Part shown: piece by piece, positions 47,062 to 47,828 of the stretch
Numbering within the stretch: the first letter of the stretch is position 1
Layout: each line of letters begins with the position of its first letter
Source of the DNA: Saprospiraceae bacterium
Lineage (GTDB): Bacteria; Bacteroidota; Bacteroidia; Chitinophagales; Saprospiraceae
Direction: 5' to 3'
DNA: 47,828 nucleotides
Assembly: GCA_043778415.1 (NCBI GenBank)
Contig: JAYWGG010000356.1
Location: 1 to 47,828, forward strand
Position numbers and translations under genes: made by a program
Notes under the pieces: model-generated
Seen by the model: the letters and a program-made list of their open reading frames with translations, nothing else
Told to the model about the DNA's origin: nothing
Database searches by the model: none

Positions 47062-47828
47062 TCAGTATCTCGTTATGAAGTCTATATCACTTTTCTTTTT
47101 GTTGGCATAAGATTTGACGCTTTCGCTTATTTCGCGCAACACTTTGCTCTCAAAAAAATAGCCCCAAGCGATGATAGTCATCGGATTAAAATTTTTATCA
47201 CTGTCTATTTTCTCCAACAAAGTGCAAAGTGTGTCCGTACTGAACCCCTTGTCCATCAGGTACAGTTTTCCTTTCCCGTAGTGCGCCGTATAACCCTTCA
47301 AATCAACGGTTTGTAGCGTTTCTGTAAGTCCGATTCCGTCGTAGGTCTTCCAAGTCAAGAACATCGCTTTTACGTCTTCGGCGGTCAGTTTGGTTTCATC
47401 AAAAAGAACTAAATTTTCTTGCATTTCGTCTGCCTCCAAATCATAATCGTCCCAAATCGGCATCGTTTCGAAGACCTTGAAACAATTTTGAGTGGTAAGT
47501 TTTGAGTTGTGCGCAATTTTTTGTTCCAAGTCTTTTATTGCCGCTTTCGTTTCTTCGGTCGGCAATTCATTTTTTAAAGCCTCCATTTTTTTGCTCCATA
47601 TTTTAGTCTTTTCGTCCAAACCCGCATTTATTTTTTTGGCAGCGCGCAGCAACCTTTCTCTTGTGATGTCAAAAATAGTAGGTTCTTCGTCCGTTTTTGA
47701 GGTCGCATTTTGAGTGTTGAGTTCTTTCACAAAATCGTAAGCCGCTTTGTTTTTCTTCGGGTCTATCTCCTCCGGCAACTGTACCAATATATATTTTCTA
47801 TTGCCGCCATCTTCTGCGTTGAGCTGCA
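47062..47828 (-). CDS. mod: Type III restriction-modification methyltransferase Mod (C-terminal part; continues beyond the window)
   Basis: The reading frame stays open to the window edge. My translation upstream of the track start gives ...QLNAEDGGNRKYILVQLPEE, a block typical of Type III Mod. The gene is followed by res. Confidence 0.7.
   Translation of the reverse strand, partial: QLNAEDGGNRKYILVQLPEEIDPKKNKAAYDFVKELNTQNATSKTDEEPTIFDITRERLLRAAKKINAGLDEKTKIWSKKMEALKNELPTEETKAAIKDLEQKIAHNSKLTTQNCFKVFETMPIWDDYDLEADEMQENLVLFDETKLTAEDVKAMFLTWKTYDGIGLTETLQTVDLKGYTAHYGKGKLYLMDKGFSTDTLCTLLEKIDSDKNFNPMTIIAWGYFFESKVLREISESVKSYANKKKSDIDFITRY

Overview
This is a chromosomal segment that looks like Bacteroidota. 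The evidence is a SusC/SusD pair, a T9SS-type C-terminal sorting domain on a secreted M4 protease, the rpmB-rpmG-DUF4295-ftsY cluster, and TAnnTTTG-type -7 boxes. The core genes are G+C-richer: a 60-nt spot count in secA gave about 55% G+C. They comprise secA, two MbnP-like lipoproteins, a DnaQ-like exonuclease, rpoD, a polyprenyl glycosylphosphotransferase, a Gfo/Idh/MocA oxidoreductase, a lamin-tail-domain surface protein, an M4 protease, hemL, carA, ftsY, rpmG, rpmB, tRNA-Arg(ACG), rplY, susD/susC-like genes and sdaA.

Three separate AT-rich restriction-modification islets interrupt this backbone, with spot counts of about 30-33% G+C.

(1) 4.3-14.4 kb holds a tightly coupled Type I operon: hsdM, DUF1016-A, hsdS, DUF1016-B, hsdR, then a DUF45 metallopeptidase. 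HsdM is about twice the normal length. Two diverged but intact YhcG/DUF1016 PD-(D/E)xK nuclease paralogs sit between the hsd genes.

(2) 28.8-31.8 kb holds a single-polypeptide Type IIG (Eco57I-like) enzyme. An in-frame TAA cuts off its conserved C-terminal tail.

(3) 43.7 kb to the window end holds a Type III locus: partial mod, a truncated RhuM-like ORF, then res.

The most promising candidate for something undescribed is the pattern of accessory genes embedded inside R-M operons (two DUF1016 nucleases in Type I, a RhuM N-terminal module in Type III). All are joined to their neighbours by overlapping or abutting stop/start codons.

Several small repeat families and an inverted-repeat-bounded 356-bp element mark the islet borders. 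No CRISPR array, rRNA, transposase or integrase was seen.

All functional calls rest on motifs I recognise in the supplied translations. No database search was run.
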